Shown: in pieces, positions 36,929-49,884 of the stretch
Layout: the number at the start of each line of letters is the position of its first letter
Numbering within the stretch: position 1 is the stretch's first letter
Notes under the pieces: generated by a model
Seen by the model: the letters and a program-made list of their open reading frames with translations, nothing else
What the model was told of the DNA's origin: nothing
Database searches by the model: none
Translations under genes and position numbers: made by a program
Source of the DNA: Antedon mediterranea
Taxonomy: Eukaryota > Animalia > Echinodermata
Reading direction: 5' to 3'
Assembly: GCF_964355755.1 (NCBI RefSeq)
Contig: NC_092675.1
Coordinates: 20,060,912 to 20,124,911 of the forward strand
Length of the DNA: 64,000 bases

Positions 36929-36993
36929 ATAAGTAAACCCTTCTACCCCAGCAGAACTACAGTAGTTCTGCTGGAGTAGAAGGGTTTACTTAT
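36929..36993. repeat. 65-bp near-perfect palindrome
   Basis: 32-bp arms with one mismatch around a single central A. Confidence 0.95.
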
Positions 36994-37695
36994 TATTTTA
37001 AAGAAAACCGTCAACTTTTATTGTCAATAATAAATAAAAAGGTGTACAGTAGTTTATAAAACTAATCAAAGCTTAACACCAACCAAGATAAACTATTGAC
37101 TACCAAGGAGTGTAGAGCTGTTGAAATTGCTTGAATTATTAAAGCAATTTGTCGCCAGTATTTATATAAACATTTTCAAAACTTTTACTCAATATTATGG
37201 TCATGTCATTGACTTCAAGATTTTGCTGAAAAACTATGCAACTTGCACTAGATTTTATTGAAATAAAACACCCAATTATTCTGTACTTTAATATGAACAC
37301 TGCTTTATGATCTTTGAATTATTTATCTGTACCTGTATAAATACAATCACATTTTATTATATTGTATAGTAATAATAAATTCATTTAATTATAAACTGAG
37401 TTTTGTGTTAGAAAGTTAAAGATTTCATTGACTATAGAGGGCGCTAATCAAAACTTCACAAGCTGCTTCACACAACAACAAGGTGGTCGTCGTCGTCGCG
37501 AGCGTACATAGCAACCGTTCTCAACTACCTGCTTATCTCGTGTTTACGTACTCAGCAGTCTGGTGTTGTGACAAGGATTGTATTTCTACACGGCGAATAT
37601 TACCCACCAAAAACTCATTGGTGCATGGTTTCATTGCTACTGTGCATGTTTACTTAATATTTAATTTTAAAATATAATATTAATTTATAAGCAAG

Positions 37696-40600
37696 ATGAT
37701 GGTTGAAAAACGATTTCAGGGTGCTCCATTTGGAACACAAAAATCACGGTAAGTTGCTTACGTGCTTAAGTTGATATGTGTGAAGTGTAAAGGTACTACT
37801 GTGTACCTCAATAAATGATTTTAACAGGGCTTAGGACCTTCTAGTCTAGGCCCTGTTTGTCTGGGACTTACTACATTAGGGTAACTGTGCCAAGGCCTAG
37901 AAAATTATTTAGATATTTAATCTGGTTAAATTCATTTATACATTCTGATGAATTATAATTTTTCAATATGTATTTATTATATTTAAATTGATCATAATTT
38001 TATAAATGATTTATTATAGCCTATAAGTATAATAAATAATTATAGATAGGCCTACTTTTATTCATTGGTAACAATTTTATAATATAGAAAAATATAATAA
38101 TAGGGAAAAATAATTTAAATGCATACATTATAATATTAAATGTACTTATTTATTTTTAGGTTTGATGTTGCTGGAATTCACCCACAGAGTAAAATGCCTG
38201 GTACCTTCACTCAAGTCAATTCATGCTCAAAATCTATGGACCCACTGGTACAATTATTTTTAATAATTAAAATAAAAAAATAATATTTCCTTCAAGAGTT
38301 TAAATTATTTTATCGGTTTTTATAATTGCATGGAAAATGTCACTGTGTCTTATTTGAATAAGCATGCCACTTAAATAAGTGTCTTATTTGAATAAGCATT
38401 CCATTTAAATAAGTGTCTTATTTAAATAAGCATGCCATTTAAATAAATATCTTATTTGAATAAGTGTAATTTCTCATAGCATCTAATTTGAATAAAAATA
38501 ATGTCTTACTGGAACTCAACTAAATTCATCCTGATTGTATAAATTTCAAATTCTTTCTATTTTCAGCGACGAAAGCTAGGCCCCGGAGTATACAAAACAG
38601 AGGTGGGTGGGTTCAGTAAGAATGCTGTTGACTGGCGGGCTTCTGGACCAGGATGGGCAAGGGCTTACGAGGTATCACGCATGGCTGCACTTCCACATTT
38701 ACTCCACAAGGAACAATGGGAAAAGAAAAGGAAAATTGTAGGTTTTCAAGCATAATTTAAAACTGTGTCTACACTACCAAACTAATTTGACAAAAAAAAC
38801 TGTGATGTGCCCAAATAGTGTAGTGCTATTACATCATCATGGGCATATATTGGCACATCACATTTTTTTGTCATATAAAGTTTGATAGTGTAGACAAGGC
38901 TTAACTCTTGACTCTAGAATCTAGCCATTAACACAATGCAAAATATTAACTTAGGTCAGGGGAAATACATTATGGTTTTGCCATCTACTATTGGTCTTAG
39001 CTTCATTAATTATCAAGACCCATGCACGTAGATTCTCATAGCAAGGTTGCTATGTAGATTGGTATTTGTATAAAGTACAGTATTATCTATAGCTATACCT
39101 CATTCACTTAAGGTTAATATTTATCAGAATTGATCAAAGTGCAGTGGTTTTTTTATTTAAAAAATCATCAATATAATTCACAATTTTGATTTTGTGCTTA
39201 TATGTATATATATATAATCTACAATATTGAACTGTATATGGTATAGATATTATAATGTACCGTATACGCAGTTTCTGATGCACTTTCCGAAAACAGTGGG
39301 GGATCATCTCCTGGAGGGGTGTGCCGATAGGTGCTCCACTGCTGACTGCCGAGGGTCATGAGTTTCTAGCATGAAGACGATATTGGTATTGTCACAATGC
39401 CAACAAAATTGTTTCAATTTAAAATTCAGAAAGACTGTGCTTGTTCAAAGTACTGTATGTGTTAATAACAACTATATAAACACACATTTTTATAATTATG
39501 TCCCAACTATAATATATTTTTCCTATTTCCTATCATAACAGGAGCGTAATCTTGGGCCAGGTTCTTACAACATAAAAGATTTTGTAGAAGTGATTTCTGA
39601 GAAACCAGTTAGCGTTAGTGGAGTTTGTAGCACAAAGGAGCAACGATTTCGATACACAGGAACGGTATGCATATTGATAAGAATAAATACATAATAATAT
39701 TGTACAAATAATAAATTAATGTTGATATAAATACCTTTAAATTAAATCTCGGCTATTTTACATGCATATACTTGTACTACAATTAAGAATTAGGCTACAG
39801 TATGTTCATACTCAGCCCAAGATTCAGTCCAGTGAGATCGTGTGGACAGTTCTTTAGTGTGGACAGTTCTTTAGTGTGGACAGTTCTTTAGTGTGGACAG
39901 TTCTTTAGTGTGGACAGTTCTTTAGTGTGGACATTTCTTTAGTGTGGACAGTTCTTTAGTGTAGACAGTTCTTTAGTGTGGACAGTTCTTTAGTGTGGAC
40001 AGTTCTTTAGTGTGGACAGTTATTTAGTGTAGACAGTTCTTTAGTGTGGACAGTTCTTTAGTGTGGACAGTTCTTTAGTGTGGACAGTTCTTTAGTGTGG
40101 ACAGTTCCTTAGTATGGACAGTTCCTTAGTATGAACGGTTCTATTCTACTCTAACTACACCCATTTTTTAATGATATCCAGCCACTGTGTCATTTAACTC
40201 CAGGCTCATGTGAATGTAGCCTTATTTCTGTTCCACTGTACCATGGTTTTTACACACACCCTTAACCAATTTATTACATTTTCAGAGTGAAGTTCCAGGG
40301 CCAGGAACATACGGTGAAGGTGGTATTCCACATTCAGCATTAGAAAGAAAGGCAAAGCAATCCACAAGTACAGTTGGGATGTTAGATGCGGGGTCTTCAA
40401 CGCCAAGGCATTTGCCGTCTGTGGTAAGAAAATCATCCTGAATTGGATGAATTTTGTTATAAATATTCATCCAAAACGACAGAATTTTAGCTGAATAGAT
40501 CAGGGTGCAGGAATTGTGATAATAAAGATTAATGAAGATAACAACAACAATGATTATTAACTATGATGATCAAAGTAGTGATAGTGATGCCATCACTGGG

Positions 40601-42682
40601 AAACAGATATTCATGTCAGTGGTATGTCAAAACTGTTGATCAATCATTAACTTAAATTTTTAATTCATTTCTTTTCGTTAGGGTTGTGAATTAGGACCAG
40701 GTACTTACAGTACTAAAAGTTTCACAGAAAAACTGACAGGCAAAGTAACAAGTATACGAGGACCATACGACCTTTTCACGGGAGATCGCAATAAACCAAT
40801 CAAAACAGGGCATCTAGCTGTACCGGTAAGTTAAACATGAACTATTATTTTTGTAAGCCAATTTTTTAATAATTTTTTTTAAAGTAATCTGCGGTATCTA
40901 CCATACAAACTTGGTTTCCTGAGACTCCATTTCATTATTTTCTTAAAACATTGTACATACTATTATTTTTATTTTTATTTGAATAAATGTATTTGTAAAA
41001 ACTATTTATGTGGCGTAGGTTTCTGCCCTGTAAGAGACTATAAATGTCAATGATGATGTAATAGATACATTTTTTTTCGACAGGGAATGGCAAATCTTGG
41101 TCCAGGTCAATACGACCTTAAATCTTTTGCAGACAAATGGAATGATGAGCATCACATCAAACATGGAAGATTTGGTAAAGTGAGTCAGTACCCAACAAGA
41201 CCTTCAGAAAGAATGTATTGTTCAAGTCTACCACAGTGGCCTAGGTCAAATGTAAGTTTATAAAAATGTAATAATTTATCAGTATATATCTTCATTGATC
41301 CCTCATGGGGCAATTAACAAAGGGAGATGGATAAAATCAGCTTACAATATAAAGTACAAATTACGACATCAAATATAAAACTTTTAAGATTATGACAATG
41401 TAATAATAAAATATGATTGATAAGTTTGTGTTTATTATTAAATCTGTAAGATTTATTGGTGATTAGAATTTTCTCACTACTAATATTGTTTTTCCTCAAA
41501 TGATTTTTATTTTGTTTTTATTCAGACTGACCCTGGACCTGGGTCATATACTGCGAGGGAACTTTCTCGACCACAGGCCAAAGACTCGCCACCATTTATT
41601 TCATCTGCAGAGCGATTTGACAAGAGGTCAAGGAAGTTCTTCACGGGTCAAAATGTAAGTACAAGTTGAAATATATTGATTCTTATTATTAAGTATTAGG
41701 GATTCTTATTATTAAGTATTAGGAATTCATTGATATAAAGTTAATTAGATTTATTATATATATTTATAATATTACTACAATATGCAAAACAATTTACTCT
41801 TCAAAAGTCTGGAAAGAACAGAGATATTTTACCACCAGCTTTTGCCATACATGTAAGATTATTATGCCAAGTTGGGATCATAGGTAAACCACAATTTCAC
41901 TCAATTCATCAGTGCATGTTTTCTCATAACTACTGCATTATCCATAAAAGTGAATTTGTTATACAGTATTCACAATCAATGATTGAATTTTTCCAATTAA
42001 ATTTTTTACCGGGATATAGTTGGAAAAAGATAAAAAGATGGAGCATAACATTTCTATTCTATATTCAGTGTATCTTCTGGTATTTATGCAATTTTGCAAT
42101 TTATGCAATTTTGTTTGTTAATTTCATAGAATCCAGTTGGAGCAGGTAGATATGATATGCAGAGGTGGGTAGAGGCTCAGCATCGAAATGGACACTGTAG
42201 TGTCTTCAACTCAAAGGTTGGAAGAAAGAGCACAAAACGTGACAATATGATGCTGTAAGTATTGGTCAAATAAGGACTTTAGTACCATTCTGAGCTTCTC
42301 GGCATAACTGATTGTGAGTCACAAGAGGCATATTTGTTATATATGTTATATATACCACACTCACACAATAAGTTTCAAGTATTCTATTGCTATACAAGCT
42401 TAGCATAAAGTATATGAGAGCATAAACTGTGGTGCCTAATGCGTCATAGAAGATGCAACTCAGATACCAACTGAATTAAAGAATACATTTGTGTTGTCGT
42501 ACAGTATATTGATCTTTTGGCTGTAAGTGCCGTCACCAAATGTATTTGTTATCTTTCTATTTTCCAGGGAGCGTATTCAACCAAAAAATGTGCGCCCAGA
42601 AGATCGACTTCATTTGACAAAACCACAGACAGCTCAAGACTACATCCAAGCAAGAAAGATAATATATGCACAGCAAACTTGA
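37696..42682 (+). CDS. CIMAP2: Ciliary microtubule-associated protein 2 / lymphocyte expansion molecule (PGPGxY SHIPPO-type repeats)
   Basis: Exons 37696-37748, 38160-38247, 38567-38737, 39542-39664, 40286-40423, 40682-40825, 41084-41251, 41526-41654, 42130-42254, 42568-42682. FQGAPFGTQKSRFDV, LGPGSYNIKDF, PGPGTYGEGG and RGPYDLFTGDRNKP match LEXM/C1orf177. Almost invisible in the ORF track because the exons are short. Confidence 0.88.
38345..38467. repeat. 34-bp tandem repeat, ~3.6 copies
   Basis: GTGTCTTATTTGAATAAGCATGCCA[C/T]TTAAATAA units. Confidence 0.9.
38760..38901. mobile_element. MITE family A copy
   Basis: Family TIRs and interior, ~20 bp after a CIMAP2 donor site. Confidence 0.88.
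39840..40141. repeat. 17-bp minisatellite, ~17-18 copies, CIMAP2 intron
   Basis: (GTGTGGACAGTTCTTTA)n with few substitutions. Confidence 0.97.
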
Positions 42683-42948
42683 AATACATTTATTATGATA
42701 AAGTATGAAAATATTACCTAAGAAAAACTTTTTTGGTATTAAAAAAATGTAGTTCAGCCAACTACAGTATTATTCCAAGTATATCAGCAATGTTTTAAAT
42801 TTATAAAGTAGTTTTAATTTCTCTTTTACTGGAGGCATAATGTATAGTGTTGCATACAAAAGTATATAGGACATTAAATATGTATACTATTAGTAAGTAC
42901 TGTCTAATTCCAGTCTAGCTCTTCCAGACTACCTTCTCATGGGTTAGG

Positions 42949-43232
42949 ACCCATTTACACTAGGGTAGGACAATAACGATCAACGATAAATAGATAAATA
43001 TGCATTTTTCATACATAAACCAAAGGAAACCTTTAAAAACAATTTTCATCCAGAACTATAGAATAACCATCTATGATGATGATCACTTGATCGGATTTTT
43101 AAAAATATTATTTTTATCAATGACAGCAAAGTGATTTTCCTGTAGTTCTAATATGAAAACTTTTCCAATTTATTTTGTTTATGTAAGAAAAATGTATGTT
43201 TATTTATCTTTAACATCCTAGTGTAAATGGGT
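42949..43232. mobile_element. MITE with ACCCATTTACACTAGG TIRs
   Basis: ACCCATTTACACTAGG...CCTAGTGTAAATGGGT with degenerate extended arms. Confidence 0.75.
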
Positions 43233-43420
43233 AAAAACAGAAGTCATTATTCCAACTTAAAATGACTGTATAACATTGGTTTATAGTGTATTTTTAAATG
43301 TAATTTTGCAAAACAAGAATGGTGCAATACATTTATAAAACGTGTATATTATAATTGAAATTAGCTAATAAACTGTATACATATCCGTTGTGGGCTATGC
43401 TACGCAGAACAATTGTAACA

Positions 43421-43715
43421 ACAGTTATAGACCTCTCATTTTGGACACCCCCATTCAGAGAAAACCTTATTATGGGACACGTCCATCCAAGGGACACCCC
43501 TATTATTGGGACACCCCCATTCAGGGGACACCTTATTATGGGACACCCCCATTCATTGGAAACTCCTATTATGGGAACACCTCTATTCAAGGGACACCCC
43601 TGTTATGAGGACACTACACTAGAGAAACATGGATATGTTTTAGCACAGAGCCAGCCCCTGTTCAGTGGACACTTTGTTGATTCTGACTGTGTCCCTTAAT
43701 AGGGGTTCTACTGTA
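43421..43715. mobile_element. Tc1/pogo-like MITE with internal GGGACACC tandem units
   Basis: ACAGT...ACTGTA ends; repeated GGGACACCCC/TATTATG units that generate the spurious overlapping ORFs. Confidence 0.7.
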
Positions 43716-44922
43716 TGTTCCAACCCTTTGTTTAAATGTACTATGCAAGAGTGACGCATAGTGACCTTGTATTGTCTCCACACAAGTTCTTCCTTCCAGG
43801 CAAAGTTATGCAAATAGATGTGAATTCAAACAATTTTATTTTTAGAGGAATCAGGTGGATGGGTGAGGAAAAATAAAGCATTTGGCAAGACAAATTATAT
43901 TATGTAAATTTTCCCACCAATATATACAGTACAATGCTTAACCGCCGAAATATTGTTAACAGAAAAAATGAGTAATGGTGTAATGTTGGTAAAACTAGTA
44001 GACAATGTTGTGTTATGTTATTTTGGGATGAGTTGCCGGATTATAGTTATGGGTTAATTCAAAATATTATATAGATCAATTATCAGGGTGAAAGTGTAAT
44101 AAATCTATGCAGATAAAATCTGCATATTGCATATTTAATTTGTTTTATTGTAATTATTGAGATAATGTAAAATGGTTCTCAGCTCAAATTGTGTACATTA
44201 GGAATAGTTAAGATAAAAAAAACTAATGTTGAAGCTTGGTAATGTGAACACATAATCCAATTGAGTGGTGTAGTTTGGTTAGGCAGCTTACTTGGCATCT
44301 GGTTACACTAAGGTCGAGATTGCCTGTGGTTGGTATTGGGACAAGCAAGTTGATTGGCTGTGAGAATTCTTGACAGAACATGGATCTATCTGAATGTATG
44401 TATGTCATGTTCCAATATTGTAAAGGTTTGTACCACAGGTAGAGAGTGTGTTGAAGGATAATACATGTGATAAGACACTATAAGCAAAAGCTGGCAACTG
44501 AACTTGTTTTTGTTCTTTTATTACAAAAAGATAAGTTAACTACTGTATATACTGTAGTGTATGTTTATGGCTGCAACAAATTTCAACCAAACTAAGAATT
44601 TAACCCATCCATCTTTCCAAAAACAATGACAAAATCCTTGTTAAGCAGACATGATTACTTATTATTATTATGATGATGATGATGATTTTAAGTCTCTGCC
44701 TAGATTTTGTCAGGAATGTCTTTAAGTATTGGAATCCTCTATGTCTAGACCTGCAGAAAAATCAGGAACACTGGTACACTAGTGATGAATAGCCTTTCCA
44801 AGAAGCCTTTCTCATTGCTGCATCCAAATACTGGGTTTCAGTGCTGATAAATGGGTTATTAATGAAACAATAAACAATTTCTTCTCATTGTGAATAAAAT
44901 AATAATTATTGCCTCGCTTTTT

Positions 44923-45919
44923 TCACCTTTTAAGCTTCTTAATCATGTTTAATTGCTCAATAGCAGCTCTTCTTTTTCTCTGAAACATAAACAAGTTTAA
45001 ACAAATGAAAACAAATTTTATTCAGTAATTACAAACACATTTATATAGATAGAACAATTGGAAAGAAAGGAGGGAGTTTGCTGGCCCAGTCGGTATACAC
45101 GGTATGTACTCCAAACTAAACATAAATTAAGCATTACTAAACAAATTAAACATTGTGGGAGGTATACAACGAACGGCGTGTTGTTCGGACATACATGGGT
45201 CATAAGCAAGCACTCCGTGATGCATGCTTTAATAACAGCGTTGATAAGCTTATCAGCGCTGGATATGATAGGTATATGAAAATATGGTACATTGAAACAG
45301 GTAGGAAAAATATATATACACAATTGGTACTCACAGGGGTCGATGGTGTAGTTGATACAACATCCACATCAATCATTTCCGATATTTTCTTTCCGGAAGC
45401 AAGTGGATCACCTCCAGTTGTTTCAGCTAGATTTGTAGTTAGATTTGTACTTTGTATTAGTTCTGTTAGCTCAGGGCCTAGGTCCTTACCCTGACTGCAT
45501 GCTTCCAGTCTGTGTCTAAGTGTTTGCAATTCAAAGTCTTGATTTGCCTTGGCTAGTTTCAGCTCGTACAGTAGTACAACATCAGACCTGTGAATAGGGT
45601 AAAACAATTAGGTGGATAATAGGAGTTGAGCATGTAATATAGGGGCAACTTAACTAATGTCTCCAAAGAAATTTGTTTTATCATGACCATCCTACAACAT
45701 ATATTATATATAATATTAAAAAAAAACAATGTTTAAGGTTTCCATGGTGAAAAAACACTATGTTTGTGGTACACCATGTGATTTGATGGCCATCATCTAC
45801 TTTGACAGCTACAGTAATGCCATTGTTTTGGTTAACTGTGTTTAATCCAAAAAATGACTGGGGTAATAATGTTCAGCGCTTAGAGGTTTCATTATATTAG
45901 GCGCTATATAAATCCAGGA

Positions 45920-45951
<32 letters not shown>

Positions 45952-48900
45952 TTTGTCCAGTGAGCTAATAAGCCCAGTTTTGCTAGGTTATGGCTCTGTC
46001 AGATGGTCTGTCAATCGAAACGTAGAAATGTTCTCAACTTGATTTTCTTTTTTGAATCACACCGCAAAACTTCACTAACTTAATAGTATAAAAACATTTT
46101 CAAGCCTATCTATTTCATACCTGAGCTCATTATACTGTACAGATATATCGTCCGTTGGCATTGGATAAACTGGAACTCCTAATTCATCTAAAGAAACCTC
46201 AATATATTTTGTCTTCTTTTGACCCACAGATGATGGCAGCTTCATCTATAATGTGGTAAGTAATAAGTAATTTCACAACAAAGAAAGAATGTAAACAACT
46301 TTCGAACATTCAAATAATAGCCTTTTTGTCATTTTTTAGTTAAAATAATTGTTACAGATAATAAAAAATAATTACCCTCTGACTTCGTAATGATACACCA
46401 GATTGCTTGAAATCTGGAAATTTAATGCCAGTTGATTCAGGAATCTAATTTGTAAAAAAAGAAAAACAAAACAAATGTTAAATCAGATTAAACTTAAACT
46501 AAACTATTTTATATATATATTATTATGTAAATTATTGTCTATCGTTGAAAGTATGCTAAATATTCTGAACCGTAAAAACGACTAAGTAACCGTTACCAAT
46601 ATCCCAGCCAAGATAAAGATCCAATTTTTTTAATAACTGCGTTTATTTTTCTATTTTCTTTGTCAGAATGTCAATGAGCAATGTAGTAATTTTTTGAAAA
46701 TAAAGAAATTGTTTTTATAAAGGTTTATAAATTCTATTTGATTCTGAAACTGATATACATTAATGTTGTAATTTAAACAAATAGATACTAAATATCCAAC
46801 CTTTGTGGAACCGCCTTCATGATCTTTAGATCTTTTACTGCTTGGCATAGTGTGCATCTTCTTCTTCTTAAAAGCTTTCTCAACTCGTCTGGTATCAGAG
46901 CTGTGGTCCGCCGCTGTTATCAACTTCTGTAAATCTTGCGCTTTCTTTTCACGTTCCTTCTTCCTTAACTCAATCTTTTTAAGTTCTTGAATTAACTGTT
47001 CTTCTTCCTCAACCTGAGGATATATAATCAATATAAACGTAGTGGCGCTATGCTTTTGGCAGTTACATACTTGCCTTTAAATACCAAGGTCAAGGGTCAG
47101 ATGGTAGTGTCAAGGTTGCAACACAAGACTGAGGTTACTTCATGTGTATGATATAGAATAAATATAAAGAAAATCATAAACAAATAAAGTAACCTCCAAG
47201 AAAATGAAGAAAGGGAGATTTTTGGGAAAAAATGCACGCCTATTTCAAACTTCAATCGAAACATTTCACATAATGAAAAGTTATACCTGTTCTGGTGTTC
47301 TTTCAAATAATTTGATAAGCTGACTTTTGCGTTTGCGTTCATGTTCTGCATCAAAGACAAGTGGTGCACGACTGCTAAGGCTTGGGTCAGCACGTACTTT
47401 AGCAAGTTTGTTGACAATATTATAGTAACGTTCTTTCATGTCTTCAATACTTCGTTTCTAAAAAAAACCAATGATATAACTACAATCAACACAATGTACA
47501 TTTTATTATTTTTATGTACAATGTACATCGTATATCATGCAATACATGGTGCTTTTCAATTAATTCAATTTCTGGCACACTGGTATTTTCCTATGTTCTT
47601 CAGCCTCTATAATGTTTGTTATACTTACACTATGTGTGTGAGAATCAAAGCGGTCATGAATAACAAACCAGCGGAAATCAAATCGCCCACATAGATCAAA
47701 GAGATGATCAGTTGCTTGTTTGGTCCATTTCTCATCGTGCAAATGCAGGTGATACTCTTGATCTGAATACATTGGCACCTGTACTTGCTAAAAAGCATTA
47801 GAAAATAGTACACAAACAATTACAAAATTGTGGCTATTAAAATCCAGTCTTTATAAAAATCATCAAGAAAACAGTACAGTATAACAACTACAAACATGTG
47901 GCTAGTAAAATTCAGTCTTTTAATTACTTTACAATGATTTTAAGAAATGAAACCAAAGTGTATCAAGTAAATAGCTATAAAATTAATACTATAAAATATA
48001 TAATATTTTTTATAGTATTAGTTTTATAGCTACAGTATTTACTGTATACACTCAGGACTTGTCTTTTGAAAATGATAGGTGTGCTACAAATTGCACTCCG
48101 CTGTTAGTATTTTAGTTTGTAGAAGTTTACCAAAATTAAGCGTGTTGTGAATCGCACTCCTTAAGGGCAGTTTAGGAATGTGTTAGGTGAGTGATCGCAC
48201 TCGCTCGCCTTAAAAGACAAGGCATGTACTTTGTTGTAAATTCTTAAAATCATGGCTGGTGATATTATGACGTCACATAAATACTGTTAAAGTTATTGCA
48301 ACCTTATTAAATCTTGCAAACTGGTAATCTTTGCCTTCATCTGCAACTCTTCTCCAATGATGAAATACAAAACCATCCTACAGAAAAAAATATTCTATAT
48401 TATTATACATTGTTTCAATGAATTTATTTCTCTTCTTTTTTCCTTTTAAAGATGTATTGTCTCTTAAAAACAGGAAAATTGAATAGGCAATTTTGCAGTT
48501 TTAATAAAGTTATTCACTTCTGTAGAAAAAAAATCAACAAAAATAATTATTTCACTTATAAAATGGCAAAAGAAATGGTTAATGTTAACCAAAACCATTG
48601 TCTGACAAAAACAATTTAGGTATTTTTGCTTTAAATTACATTTTTTCAGTAATTTTTTTTTTCCAACCAGTTTTTGGTGAATATGAATAAATAAATATTA
48701 TGTGACATGAAAATGGCATATTCAACAAAAACAATATTTCTTTAGGGGGACAATACATCTTTAAATAAAAAAAATTCATATTGAAATCAAGAGAGGCTAA
48801 ACCCAGAAAGCCACCTATACATAAAGTAAGTAAATCTACAGAGTAATGTTGTATAAATGTTCCTTCTGATTTAAAGTTACTCATTATACTACCTATTCTC

Positions 48901-49594
48901 ATAATATTGAATTATGCAGTATGAATGAACAAAATTGTACTTGCCTTTCTTGCTGGGTTTGTAAACGGCATAAACTTCCAAAATCTCACTTTTTTTATAC
49001 CAAGCTTTGCTTTCACTTGCTTATAACCAGTGTTAGTATCACTTGGGATGAGAGGTGGTGGATCACTGTAAAAAAAACCATAAACAAATTTTTCAAAAGA
49101 GAGAAGGAGCAGTAAAGCTGTAGTTTAATGTTTGTCATTTATCAACTTACTTTTTATTATCAGAGTACAACAATGCATACAGTTCTCTGTGCATGCCCTC
49201 GGGACGTTTGAAAACTGGTTCAGACTGTTTCTTTACTTTCTGTAGAGAAAATACATGATATATGAGTCATGACACATTAAATTATGACAAATCAATGTTT
49301 TTTCTAAATTATGTCAATGATGAGTCAAAAGTTGTTTTTCTTTTGCTTTGAAGGTAAAAACTTACAGGGCACTACCATTGTTGCATGGAAGTCAATCTTG
49401 TGTGTATCTGAAATTAGTTAAGTGCATCTAATGTAATCTTGATTCTCTACTGCAGGCGCATTTGTCCATTTTAGGGATAAACCTACCTTTTTCTGATCTG
49501 ATCCAAAGATGTCTTTGATGGAAACCTCCGAGGTTTGCCCCATCATACCAGTTCCATCAAAATCCAAAATATCTTTTACATCACTTGACGTCAT
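44923..49594 (-). CDS. DMAP1: DNA methyltransferase 1-associated protein 1 (SWC4/Eaf2; NuA4/SWR1 subunit, SANT domain)
   Basis: Minus-strand exons 49594-49487, 49239-49151, 49065-48945, 48377-48303, 47787-47629, 47457-47287, 47013-46801, 46444-46376, 46245-46121, 45587-45335, 44979-44923. Peptides FKRPEGMHRELYALL, PFTNPARKDG, DYQFARFNK, WTKQATDHLFDLC, ELRKKEREKKAQDLQKLI, LRSQRMKLPSSVGQKK. Confidence 0.95.
45153..45300 (+). pseudogene. CDC40: Isolated CDC40/PRP17 WD40 exon fragment, antisense within the last DMAP1 intron
   Basis: Translates LWEVYNERRVVRTYMGHKQALRDACFNNSVDKLISAGYDRYMKIWYIETG, closely resembling CDC40 LWEVYGERRCLRTFIGHSKAVRDICFN...SAAYDRYLKLWDTETG as I recall it. Followed by G|GTAGG donor; no AG acceptor; no other CDC40 exons seen. 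Confidence 0.75.
45856..45950 (+). mobile_element. SINE/LINE 3' tail remnant ending in (ATT)n
   Basis: CTGGGGTAATAATGTTCAGCGCTTAGAG...GGCGCTATATAAAT followed by ~10 ATT repeats. Confidence 0.65.
48450..48760. mobile_element. TTAA-flanked MITE (Kolobok-like), DMAP1 intron
   Basis: TTAA|AGATGTATTGTC...GACAATACATCT|TTAA. Confidence 0.8.
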
Positions 49595-49884
49595 TTTGTT
49601 TGTGTATTATCAATCTGTAGTAGGAAAAAGATCTCCACAGTTTATTTCTTGAAATTTTCTGAATTTTTCTAAAATAAAAATATAATAAACTTATGGGTCA
49701 AATTTTAAAATTTAGTTTACAATTTTAGCATTGTGTGTTTATATGACAAAATTTAGTACATTTAGATATTGAAATTTTTGTGATGAGCATAGTCATGCTT
49801 AGTTCCCACTAGAGACGCAACACAAAATAAGTCAATCAAAAGCAATGGATTATTCAAACTGTCACTTGTCATTGGTCAACTTGC

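Noticed and set aside
39300-39375. GC-rich patch resembling a tRNA or tRNA-derived SINE head
   Set aside because: No cloverleaf and only degenerate A/B boxes; not callable.
39840-40141. Regular repeat array, superficially CRISPR-like
   Set aside because: Head-to-tail 17-mers with no unique spacers, no cas genes, eukaryotic intron.
43333-43699. Three overlapping ORFs with repeated GTP/GVP motifs
   Set aside because: Translation of the tandem units of a MITE.
44292-44389. Exon-like segment on the minus strand downstream of DMAP1
   Set aside because: Has AG/GT boundaries but no recognisable peptide or partner exons.
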